Assembly (NCBI GenBank): GCA_947591785.1
Contig: CANQDK010000008.1
Span: 8,619-72,618, forward strand
Reading direction: 5' to 3'
DNA from: an uncultured Clostridia bacterium
GTDB taxonomy: Bacteria; Bacillota; Clostridia; Christensenellales; UBA1242
Length of the DNA stretch: 64,000 nucleotides
Under the pieces are notes generated by a model, which was not told where the DNA came from, ran no database searches, and saw only the letters and a program-made list of their open reading frames with translations. Made by a program: the position numbers and the translations under genes. Each line of letters starts with the position of its first letter. Within the stretch, counting starts at the first letter, position 1. Positions 27,926 through 36,122 of this stretch are shown in pieces.

Positions 27926-28951
27926 ATGAGCGAAAATTTTAATTTGGATTTAATTGATAAGACCTTCACAACATATAAAAAAGGACAAAGCTTTGATGGC
28001 GTGGTTGTTTTGAAAAGAGATGATGGTTGCATTTTCAATATAGGCGGAAAAAATGATGCGTTTATTCCAGCAAGTGACTTTGATGATTTCTCAAAACTTA
28101 AAATAGGTGACAGATTTTCTGTTGTTATCACAAATCAAAAAAATGAGGAAGGCTTGATTGAGGCTTCAAAATCTCTTGCAGATGCACTTAAAATGGCAAA
28201 TCAAAATGCAAGCAGTTTGCGTCTTGGAAGCAAATTTTCTTTTGTTGTGACTGGACTGGGAGATGGCCTACAATCCAAAATGGGAGATTATAGCATCATT
28301 ATTCCTTTTGACGAAGTGTCAACAAATTCTTCAAAAAATTACAACAAGTATGTTGGAAAACAAATGGAAGCGGTTGTAACAGAAATTGACAAGGAAAACA
28401 AGCGTATTGTTGGAAGCATTAAATTACTTCAAGAGCAAACACGTGTTGCGATTGAAAACAATTTTTGGAATAGTATTTTCATCAATAAAATAGTGAAAGG
28501 AAAAGTTGTTCGCATTCTTCCTTATGGTGCGTTTGTTAATGTTGATGGTGTTGATTGTTTTTTGCATATTTCTCAAATTTCATATTCACGTTTAGAAAAG
28601 GTTGAAGATGCCTTAATTGTCGGGCAGGAGGAGCAGTTTAAGGTTATTTCTCTTGATCGTGAAAACAAAAAAGTGGAACTTTCTCTGAAAGCCCTCTTGA
28701 AAGATCCTCGCACAGAAAGGGTGGAGGAATTGGTTGTTGGAGAAACATATAAAGGAAAGGTTGTCAAACTGCTTTCTTTTGGTGCGATAATTGAACTTGA
28801 GAATGGTGCAAGAGGACTTTTGCATATCACAAATGCAACAGATAATCGTCAAAAACAGATTTATGAAATTGTCAAACTTGGTGATGAAGTTTCAGTTATT
28901 GTCCTTGATAAAAATGAACAAGAAAATAAAGTGTCTTTCAAGCTTGTTTAA
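27926..28951 (+). CDS. 30S ribosomal protein S1 homologue (four S1 domains, YpfD-like)
   Basis: Four repeats of the S1 OB-fold pattern, for example GKVVRILPYGAFVNVDGVDCFLHISQIS and GKVVKLLSFGAIIELENGARGLLHI. Confidence 0.85.
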   Translation: MSENFNLDLIDKTFTTYKKGQSFDGVVVLKRDDGCIFNIGGKNDAFIPASDFDDFSKLKIGDRFSVVITNQKNEEGLIEASKSLADALKMANQNASSLRLGSKFSFVVTGLGDGLQSKMGDYSIIIPFDEVSTNSSKNYNKYVGKQMEAVVTEIDKENKRIVGSIKLLQEQTRVAIENNFWNSIFINKIVKGKVVRILPYGAFVNVDGVDCFLHISQISYSRLEKVEDALIVGQEEQFKVISLDRENKKVELSLKALLKDPRTERVEELVVGETYKGKVVKLLSFGAIIELENGARGLLHITNATDNRQKQIYEIVKLGDEVSVIVLDKNEQENKVSFKLV

Positions 28952-29020
28952 TCAAATAATATGTGTTTTTAATATTTTTGAATAAAAACTTTTAAAATCA
29001 ATTTGTTTTTGGTTGTATTT

Positions 29021-29055
29021 AATGCAAGGTTATTTAAAACGCTTGCATTTTTTTG
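29021..29055 (+). terminator. Rho-independent terminator
   Basis: AATGCAAG/CTTGCATT stem (29021-29028 / 29042-29049) followed by a T-run. Confidence 0.65.
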
Positions 29056-29126
29056 TATAATGATTTAATATTAATTGTGGTTTTACCACTTATAAAAACT
29101 ACAACACTTTAATACTTGTGTTTAAT

Positions 29127-29164
29127 GCTAACGTGGCTCAGTCGGTAGAGCAGTCGATTCGTAA
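29127..29164 (+). pseudogene. Orphan 5' half of a tRNA-Thr(CGT) gene (acceptor 5' strand through the anticodon loop)
   Basis: GCTAACGTGGCTCAGTCGGTAGAGCAGTCGATTCGTAA matches 35/38 positions of the first 38 nt of the full tRNA at 29219. Similarity ends right after the anticodon loop. Confidence 0.75.
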
Positions 29165-29218
29165 ACAAAAATCAAACAAAAACAAATCACAAAAACTTGG
29201 GTGTGAAAAGCACCTTAT

Positions 29219-29294
29219 GCTGATGTGGCTCAGTTGGTAGAGCAGTCGATTCGTAATCGACAGGTCGCGGGTCCGAGTCCCGCCATCAGCTCCA
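29219..29294 (+). tRNA. tRNA-Thr (anticodon CGT), CCA encoded, with unusual T-loop TCCGAGT
   Basis: GCTGATGTGGCTCAGTTGGTAGAGCAGTCGATTCGTAATCGACAGGTCGCGGGTCCGAGTCCCGCCATCAGCTCCA. All four arms pair. The anticodon loop is TTCGTAA. Position 55 reads C instead of the near-invariant U. Confidence 0.8.
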
Positions 29295-29440
29295 AGTAGA
29301 GTAAGTAAATTGTCTTTTTTTTAGACAACTCTTAAAAAATCGCTATAACGCTCAAAAATAAAGTGATGTAGCGATTTTTTATTTTTGCCATTTTTGACTT
29401 TTTGGCGGACATGGGCAAAAAAGTCTTTTTTCACAATTGT

Positions 29441-29578
29441 GAAATTTTGATTTTTAGCGGAAAAAATCAAAAACTTCGCGGAAATCAAAAATCAAATTTT
29501 GATTTTGCGACAACTTGTGCTATTATATATTTGATTATTGAAAAAATCAAAAATAATCAAAAAATCAAATCTCAAAAT
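29441..29578. repeat. Cluster of AAAATCAAAA / TTTTGATTTT words (iteron-like, both orientations) upstream of the YdjC-like gene
   Basis: Word copies at 29445-29455(-), 29461-29474(+), 29481-29496(+), 29497-29506(-) and 29541-29578(+, three copies). Several are flanked by GCGG/GCGA. Confidence 0.6.
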
Positions 29579-29611
29579 GAAGAAATATGTTATAATGTGT
29601 GTGAGGTGATT

Positions 29612-30340
29612 ATGAAACTTATTATAAATGGTGATGATTTTGGTTTGAGCAAAAGTATAACTGATGGAATAATAGATGGAATAAAAAATGGATTTTTAAC
29701 AAGCACAAGTATAATGATTAATATGCAATTCGCTAAATATGCAATTGAACAGGCAATCAGCAATGGTATAAATTGTGTTGGTTTACACATAAATCTAACA
29801 GTTGGCAAGCCTATCATTCCAAATGACCATTTAACAGATGAGAAAGGCGTTTTTCTTTATAATAGAAAACAAATAGAAAATCCAAACCTAACATATGAAG
29901 ATGCTTATAATGAAATTATTGCACAGATACATTTGTTTAATGAATACAGTAAAGGGAAGATTAAGTTAGACCATTTTGATACACATCATACTCTTTATGA
30001 TAATGAGAAAATTAGAAAAGCCATCATTGAAATTTCAAATAAGATGGATTTGCCAATAAGAAATGTTACAAAATATGATTTGCCATGCAAAAAGCCAGAT
30101 GACTGCTTTGTTGATTTTACAATAAATAATGTAAGATTAGATGTTTTGGATAAATTTATAAGATTTAATAAAGATAAAGATATTAGCGTGGAGATAATGT
30201 CTCATCCAGGATATGTAGATGATTATACAAAAACTGTAACAAGTTATCTTGGCCGAGAAAATGAACTTAAAGTATTAAAAGCTGCAAAAGATTGTGGGCT
30301 GTTCGACGATGTTAACTTAATCAGATTTGGAGAACTTTAA
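29612..30340 (+). CDS. YdjC/ChbG-family carbohydrate deacetylase
   Basis: MKLIINGDDFGLSKSITDGIIDGIKNGFLTSTSIMINM...VGLHINLTVGKP is the YdjC signature. ATG 29612 follows GAGGTGA and a TATAAT at 29591. The 70 upstream codons of the ORF track cover the repeat cluster and are rejected. Confidence 0.85.
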   Translation: MKLIINGDDFGLSKSITDGIIDGIKNGFLTSTSIMINMQFAKYAIEQAISNGINCVGLHINLTVGKPIIPNDHLTDEKGVFLYNRKQIENPNLTYEDAYNEIIAQIHLFNEYSKGKIKLDHFDTHHTLYDNEKIRKAIIEISNKMDLPIRNVTKYDLPCKKPDDCFVDFTINNVRLDVLDKFIRFNKDKDISVEIMSHPGYVDDYTKTVTSYLGRENELKVLKAAKDCGLFDDVNLIRFGEL

Positions 30341-30617
30341 TTTTTAAAAATCAAAACTATCGCAAAATCAAAACAGAAAAAATTATAAGTCGTTTTTTTT
30401 GGGAAAATGGAGTTATTTAAAGCGTGTAAAAATTTCTCGATTGAAATACATAAGTTGAATAATTGAAATGAAAAAAATAAATAGTTATCAAGATTCGATT
30501 TTTTTTGGGTGGGGCAAACGGTCACATAAGTCATGTAAAATTAAGTTGATTTTTTTTTAATTTATTTGATATTATTATTGCTGATGAAAAAATGTTAATA
30601 AAAAGGATTGAAAAATA

Positions 30618-31133
30618 ATGGGAGTAATAATTTCTGCATTTGCAGGGGTCGGAAAGACTTATGTTGGAAAACATTATCCAAATGTTTTAGATTTGGAATC
30701 AACTTATTTTAAATGGTTGGAAAATGGAATTTCTCATCTTACCGAAGAAAAAAGGAAAGGCTTGAAAAACAGAACTCTAAATCCGCTTTGGCCTCAAAAT
30801 TATATTGATGAAATTTTAAGACAAAAAGACAAATATGACATTGTTTTAATTCAATTAAGTCATCCAAGGTTGAAAAATGAGCAAATTTTTAAATTCTTTG
30901 ATAAAAACAATATAGAGTATTTTGTTGCCAGACCTCAAAAATCAGGTTGGGAATATATTGAAAGTAGATTAAGAGAAAGAGGCAACAGTCCAGAATTTAT
31001 TGAAGAAGTGAAAGCGAACTTTGATGTTTTTATAAAAGAATTTTCTAAAAAGAAATACAAGCAAATTATCATCAACGATGGAGAGTTTTTGTCTGACGCA
31101 CTAATTCAAAACGGCTTTTTAAAAAACAAATGA
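30618..31133 (+). CDS. Small P-loop NTPase / nucleotide-kinase-like protein
   Basis: Walker A-like ISAFAGVGKTYVG at the N-terminus. At 171 aa it is the size of small (d)NMP kinases. No closer assignment is possible. Confidence 0.5.
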   Translation: MGVIISAFAGVGKTYVGKHYPNVLDLESTYFKWLENGISHLTEEKRKGLKNRTLNPLWPQNYIDEILRQKDKYDIVLIQLSHPRLKNEQIFKFFDKNNIEYFVARPQKSGWEYIESRLRERGNSPEFIEEVKANFDVFIKEFSKKKYKQIIINDGEFLSDALIQNGFLKNK

Positions 31134-31341
31134 GATTAAGGGAGCAAAGTTTATTGAAACTGAGATTTTTTTAAACTGATACTTTTTTAAAATAATTTTT
31201 CTTTTTGCAAACCATATAGTGTAAGAAAAATGTCTTCTTTTTGGAGAAGTCATTTTTTAAGTAAAATTTGTTGCCGAGTGTCAGTGAACACTGTTGCCAG
31301 CAATAATTTTTCCATTATTAGCTTTAAACTTGATTATCTGC

Positions 31342-31911
31342 TTAAACTTGATTATTTTCTAACTTTTTTGCGAGAAATTGAGTAAGTTTGACAATTTCTT
31401 CATCATAAATTTTTTTTGATTCATCAAAGAACAAAATTTCATTTCTAAGTTTTGGGAGTAGGCTGATAATTGAATCTAATTTTTGTCCATTTTTAAGACA
31501 ACTTTCCCATCTTCTAAGACCTAGCCAAGCCAATTTATCGGCATCTTTTAAAATTTTGCCCTCAATCGTCATGGGAGTCATGTTATATTTGTGATTTTCA
31601 ATCGCAGCGTAACATTTTTCAATAAACGACTTTTCAAAATTTTGTTTTTCAAGTTCCTTTTGAAGCATTTCTGCAGAAATTTTTTCATGGTTATTTGCTG
31701 ATTGCAATCGTCCTATGTCATGCCAATATGCACTTAGAATACAAACTTCAGCATCAGCACTCACTTTTAAAATTGACAAAAGTTTTTTGACATAACAAAC
31801 CACATCTTCGATATGTCCTAAGTTATGTTCATAATCTTGAAATTGAAACATCTTCTCTTTTGCGAAGTCTATTAGTTTTTTATATTTTCTTTCGATAAAA
31901 TCAAAGTCCAT
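31342..31911 (-). CDS. HD-domain phosphohydrolase
   Basis: H...HD pattern (NLGHIEDV ... AYWHDIGR ... DADKL). Confidence 0.7.
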   Translation of the reverse strand: MDFDFIERKYKKLIDFAKEKMFQFQDYEHNLGHIEDVVCYVKKLLSILKVSADAEVCILSAYWHDIGRLQSANNHEKISAEMLQKELEKQNFEKSFIEKCYAAIENHKYNMTPMTIEGKILKDADKLAWLGLRRWESCLKNGQKLDSIISLLPKLRNEILFFDESKKIYDEEIVKLTQFLAKKLENNQV

Positions 31912-32041
31912 TTTCTTTCCTTTTTTGTATTATATCATTTTTTATTAAGATGCAACAATAATAAATCACATAAAATTAAATATTTTGTAACAAATTTTAT
32001 ACTTATTTTGTTTTTTATTTTATATATGTTATAATCAAATA

Positions 32042-32225
32042 TATGGATAAGCACTGGTGAGGCTTTGCTCTAAATATGGAAAAATTTTTGAGACACTGCG
32101 TTTCGTCACAACAAAATAATCTTTTAGTTATAGCAAATGTTTGGCAACAAAGAGGATATTGTTCAGATTGACAAAAAGCAACAGGATGCTTTATTCTTAA
32201 CAATGTATTTATTTAATTTTATTAA
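32042..32225 (+). promoter_or_regulatory. Long 5' leader of unusual composition (candidate cis-regulatory RNA) downstream of a TGTTATAAT promoter
   Basis: Extended -10 TGTTATAAT at 32027-32035. There is ~190 nt to the GGAGG SD of the 32241 gene. The segment is visibly less AT-rich than other spacers. TGCTTT (32187-32192) has two alternative pairing partners. Confidence 0.3.
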
Positions 32226-32240
32226 TTGGAGGTAATTGAT

Positions 32241-32651
32241 ATGAAGTTGTTGATAAAAGAAACACAATGGTGGGGATTACATAATCCTGGTGAAAAAGTG
32301 ACGGATTATGAGTATGATGTCGATAATTTGAAAATTGGAGAAAAAGTTGTTCTTAGCACAACCCAAATAAAGCATGATGGAAGTGATAAATATGTTGATG
32401 AAATAAATTTATACTTTATTTTGGTAGATAAAAGCGAAGATAAGGTTGAACTGGAAATTGGAAGCAGGCTTTATTTTTATAAAATTCCTTATTCTAATAT
32501 ACCTTTTTTCTTTAAGCTTAAGAACAAATTTTTCCAAAGAAAAGACTTTATAAAAGACACTCCATTTTGGATTAAAGAGGGAAAGACACTTCTTTTGCAA
32601 GAGAAATCTATGGATGCTGGACATAATTATTCAATCTCATTAAAAAGATAA
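32241..32651 (+). CDS. Hypothetical protein (136 aa)
   Basis: ATG 32241 lies 8 nt after GGAGG. No recognisable motif. Confidence 0.5.
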   Translation: MKLLIKETQWWGLHNPGEKVTDYEYDVDNLKIGEKVVLSTTQIKHDGSDKYVDEINLYFILVDKSEDKVELEIGSRLYFYKIPYSNIPFFFKLKNKFFQRKDFIKDTPFWIKEGKTLLLQEKSMDAGHNYSISLKR

Positions 32652-32782
32652 AATAAAAGAAATACCTTAATGGCCTTTATAAATAATTTCGTAAAAATCA
32701 AAAACGATTTTTTTGGCGACAATGCCTATATTAGATGAGTAAATTGTCTTTTTATTAAAGATTACAAAAAAAAGGAATTAGT

Positions 32783-33331
32783 ATGAAAATAATTTATCAA
32801 ACAGAAAGATTAATTGTTCGCCAGTGGCAGATGAATGATTATCATGATTATTTTGAGTTTGTAAGCAATCCAGCTGTTTCAAAATATCTTACTTTCCAGC
32901 CTTATAAAACATACAAACAGGCAAAAGAAAGAATTGCGAACATGATTGCTGTTTATCAAAAAGAGCCTGTTAAAGCAGATTTTGCTATTTTGCTTAAAAC
33001 TGAAAACAAGGTTATTGGAAGTATTGCGATAAATAGTTTTAAACCAAGTGCGAGCGGAGTGGTTAGAATTGGTTATATGTTAAATCCTAAGTATCAAGGG
33101 AAAGGGTATATGACTGAAGCGGTTGTTGGGCTTTTTAAATATATAAAGAAAAACAACATTGCAAAAAGAATTGAAGCAACTCATGATGTCGAAAATGTTA
33201 AGAGCGGAAATGTTATGAAACGAGCAGGCATGACTTTTGAGGGAATAGAACGAAAAGCTGGACAAAACAATTTACATTCAAGATATGATGTTGCTTTATA
33301 TTCAATTCTTTTTGAGGAAATAAAAGATTGA
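32783..33331 (+). CDS. GNAT-family N-acetyltransferase (RimJ/RimL-like)
   Basis: Typical GNAT layout: LIVRQW..., IGSIAIN and QGKGYMTEAV (acetyl-CoA loop Q/RxxGxG/A). Confidence 0.8.
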   Translation: MKIIYQTERLIVRQWQMNDYHDYFEFVSNPAVSKYLTFQPYKTYKQAKERIANMIAVYQKEPVKADFAILLKTENKVIGSIAINSFKPSASGVVRIGYMLNPKYQGKGYMTEAVVGLFKYIKKNNIAKRIEATHDVENVKSGNVMKRAGMTFEGIERKAGQNNLHSRYDVALYSILFEEIKD

Positions 33332-33457
33332 TTTTTGATTTTCGCAAAATTAGAATTGTTGTGAGATAATTTAGCAAAGCCAAAAACGACTTTTTGGTTT
33401 AAATGACATTGTTTAGTGTGTATTTAAAAAATTTTAATTTGAAAATCAGAGGTTGTA

Positions 33458-33979
33458 ATGAATAAATTTTATTTGGAAATCTACAAACTTAAAAATTTGT
33501 TGAGGAAGGGTTGGTTGGATATGAATGCCCATGATGTTTCAACTGGCAGAGTGGAAAGTGATGCAGAACACACTTTTTCTATGGCATTGCTTACAATGGA
33601 AATCATGGAGAAGTCAAAAAAATATTCAAATCTTGACAAACTGAAAGTTTATGAAATGGTGCTTGTTCATGAACTTTGTGAGATTGACGCTGGTGATCAT
33701 ACACCGAGAGACGATATATCACAACAAGAGAAATACGAACTTGAACTTGCAGGGGTGAAAAGATTAGCAAAGGAATATAAGATGCCCAACTTATTGAAAT
33801 TGTGGCTAGAGTTTAAGAATGACAAAAGTGCAGAAGCAGAATTTGTAAGGAAGTTAGATAGACTAGATGCAATATTGCAAGCAGAAATTTATTCAGAACA
33901 ATTGAATTATGACGAATTGTTAAGCGAATTTAAAAATCGTTCAATAAAAATTGCGGAAGAGTTTAAGGATTTTCTCTAA
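33458..33979 (+). CDS. HD-domain protein, YfbR-like 5'-deoxynucleotidase family
   Basis: ESDAEHTFSMALL and VHELCEIDAGD (the H...HD...D pattern of HD_3). Confidence 0.7.
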   Translation: MNKFYLEIYKLKNLLRKGWLDMNAHDVSTGRVESDAEHTFSMALLTMEIMEKSKKYSNLDKLKVYEMVLVHELCEIDAGDHTPRDDISQQEKYELELAGVKRLAKEYKMPNLLKLWLEFKNDKSAEAEFVRKLDRLDAILQAEIYSEQLNYDELLSEFKNRSIKIAEEFKDFL

Positions 33980-34036
33980 GAAAAAACATTTCAAAATTTA
34001 AAAATAAAAAAGTTCTTTAATTTGTGGAGATGAATT

Positions 34037-34768
34037 ATGTTTAAAGATAAAGTGGCTTTGATAACTGGTGGAACAAGTGGAATTGGTTATGGAATTGCAA
34101 AACAATTTCTTGAAAATGGAGCAAAAGTTATTGCTATATATAAAAGTGATGATAACAAGGCTAAAAGTGCAAAAAATCAACTTTCTAAATTGGGTGATTA
34201 TTCTATCATAAAACTAGATATAACTGATGAGGAGAACGTCAAAAAGTTTTTTTCATCAATTCAACAGTTAGATTATTTAATAAATTGTGCGGGAATTAGT
34301 AATGAAGACTTTATTGAAAAATTAACATTACAACAAATCAAAGATACAATAAATGTGAATTTAATAGGAAAAATTATTTGTTGTAGATGTGCTTTGCCTT
34401 TGTTAAAGAAATCTAAAACTCCAGTAGTTATAAATATTGCTTCACGCTATGCAGAAAAACCGTTGGCTACTTGTATACCTTATACAACAAGTGAAGCGGC
34501 TATTGTGATGCTGTCGAAAAACTTGGCTTTAGAATGGGCTCCATACAAAATTAGAGTAAACACTGTTTCACCATCTTTAACAATAACTCCTCTCACAAAA
34601 AAATTGTATTCAAACGAGGAAATGATAGAAACTGCAAAGAGAAATCCTTCAAGTAGATTGGGTGAGGTGGAAGACACGGCAAATGCAGTTGTGTTTTTGT
34701 GTAGCGAAAAAGCAAGTTATATTAACGGCGAAAACTTAAATGTTAATGGTGGTATTTTATTAATTTAA
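34037..34768 (+). CDS. Short-chain dehydrogenase/reductase (SDR, FabG-like)
   Basis: TGGTSGIG cofactor motif, NCAGI, and YxxxK-region equivalents (PYTTSEAA). Confidence 0.8.
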   Translation: MFKDKVALITGGTSGIGYGIAKQFLENGAKVIAIYKSDDNKAKSAKNQLSKLGDYSIIKLDITDEENVKKFFSSIQQLDYLINCAGISNEDFIEKLTLQQIKDTINVNLIGKIICCRCALPLLKKSKTPVVINIASRYAEKPLATCIPYTTSEAAIVMLSKNLALEWAPYKIRVNTVSPSLTITPLTKKLYSNEEMIETAKRNPSSRLGEVEDTANAVVFLCSEKASYINGENLNVNGGILLI

Positions 34769-34925
34769 TTGGACTTTGTAAAGGCTTAAGTTGTTTCAGA
34801 TTGTAAGAGAAAAATTCCGTTTTACTATTCAATTTGAGAGTGTGCTGAAATTTATGGCAAAAGTTTGAAGAAAGTTAATGTTAGGCTCGGTTTGGATATA
34901 AGAAAATTTCTAATTAGGAGAGTGT

Positions 34926-35447
34926 ATGTATAGGGAAACTTTAGAAGCAAAAGATTTATTTCTCGCAAAAGCAAAAATGAGTGATTTGAATGATATTTAC
35001 AACAATTATTGGTCGCAGGAAGATACTGCAAAATTTATGCTTTGGGAAACTTGTAAAAATTTAGACGAAGCCAAAGAAAGATTGAAAAAGGTGATAGAAT
35101 TTCAAAAAGACAAAATTGCTTACTTTGTATATGACAAAAAATCTGGTATGGCAATTGGAATGGCCGCAATGATTGAAATTGAACCAAATGTTTTTCAAGA
35201 TGGTGGAATTGGTGTTGGACACGATTTTGTGGGAAAGGGTTATGGAAAACAAATTTTAAAAGTTCTGATGGATTATTTGATAAATGATTTGAATGCAAAA
35301 AGAATTATTTGCAGTGCTGATAGAAACAATATTCCATCTGTAAAAACGCAACAAGCATGTGGCTTAAGTTTTACACATTCAGAAAATGCTGTGAGAAAGA
35401 AAAACGGAATTGAATACATTAGAGATTTTTACGAATGGACTAAATAA
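34926..35447 (+). CDS. GNAT-family N-acetyltransferase
   Basis: GHDFVGKGYGKQIL acetyl-CoA loop and the RimJ-like architecture. Confidence 0.75.
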   Translation: MYRETLEAKDLFLAKAKMSDLNDIYNNYWSQEDTAKFMLWETCKNLDEAKERLKKVIEFQKDKIAYFVYDKKSGMAIGMAAMIEIEPNVFQDGGIGVGHDFVGKGYGKQILKVLMDYLINDLNAKRIICSADRNNIPSVKTQQACGLSFTHSENAVRKKNGIEYIRDFYEWTK

Positions 35448-35577
35448 TTTCTTTTTAATTGTGTTTTCTTAAATAAAAATTAAAGTAAAACATTTTGTCA
35501 TACATAAAGATTTTCTTAAAAGCAAACTAAACATGAAAAAATATGCGATTATAAAAAAATTGATTTCTGAGGAAAGT

Positions 35578-36066
35578 ATGAAAGTTGAAGTTCAAAAAAG
35601 AAAAATTACTAAAAATGTTATAAAATCTATCTCAGAAATAGATAAAGAATTTTATACAAGATTTAATTATGATGATTTGTCATGGTATTATGAAAGATAT
35701 AACACTAAAAATGACATATTCCTTTTGCTTGCAGACAACAAAATTGTTGGATATTTTCTTTTTATAGAAATATCAAAATCACTGTTTGATGATATTTGTC
35801 AATTAAAATACGACAATGATTATGATTTTCCAGTCAAGGATTTAAATTGTAAAAGTGGATATTTTTACATGCCATCTGTTATTGTGAAAAAAGATTATCG
35901 CTTCTTGTCTGTGTCGCTTATAAGGGCTTTATATAAAGAAGTAAAAAATAAGGACAAATTGGTTGTGATTACGGTTTCAAAAAATGGGCACAGAATGGCT
36001 TCAAAAGTTTTAACATTTTTGGGCATTGCAAATAAGAAAAAAGATATAAGAGTTTATATGAAATAA
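35578..36066 (+). CDS. Hypothetical protein, possibly a degenerate GNAT fold
   Basis: NKIVGYFLF...VKKDYRFLSVSLIRALY is GNAT-like but lacks a clear acetyl-CoA loop. ATG 35578 follows GAGGAA; the ORF-track start at 35533 has no SD. Confidence 0.4.
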   Translation: MKVEVQKRKITKNVIKSISEIDKEFYTRFNYDDLSWYYERYNTKNDIFLLLADNKIVGYFLFIEISKSLFDDICQLKYDNDYDFPVKDLNCKSGYFYMPSVIVKKDYRFLSVSLIRALYKEVKNKDKLVVITVSKNGHRMASKVLTFLGIANKKKDIRVYMK

Positions 36067-36122
36067 GAATGATGATTGAAATTTTAAGTATTTTGTGATA
36101 TAATTAATTATGGAGATTTGAA

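Noticed and set aside
29402-29611. 70-codon N-terminal extension of the YdjC-like ORF given by the ORF track.
   Set aside because: The extension runs across the AAAATCAAAA repeat cluster and a TATAAT box. It has no SD at 29402. YdjC-family proteins begin with MKLIINxDDFG, which is found at ATG 29612 behind GAGGTGA.
32015-32203. 62-codon Cys-rich ORF on the minus strand between the HD gene and the 32241 gene.
   Set aside because: It has a TTG start with no SD and no promoter-like sequence upstream. It runs through the plus-strand TGTTATAAT promoter. The open frame is better explained by the atypical, less AT-rich composition of a plus-strand leader RNA. This is kept only as an alternative in the finding on that leader.
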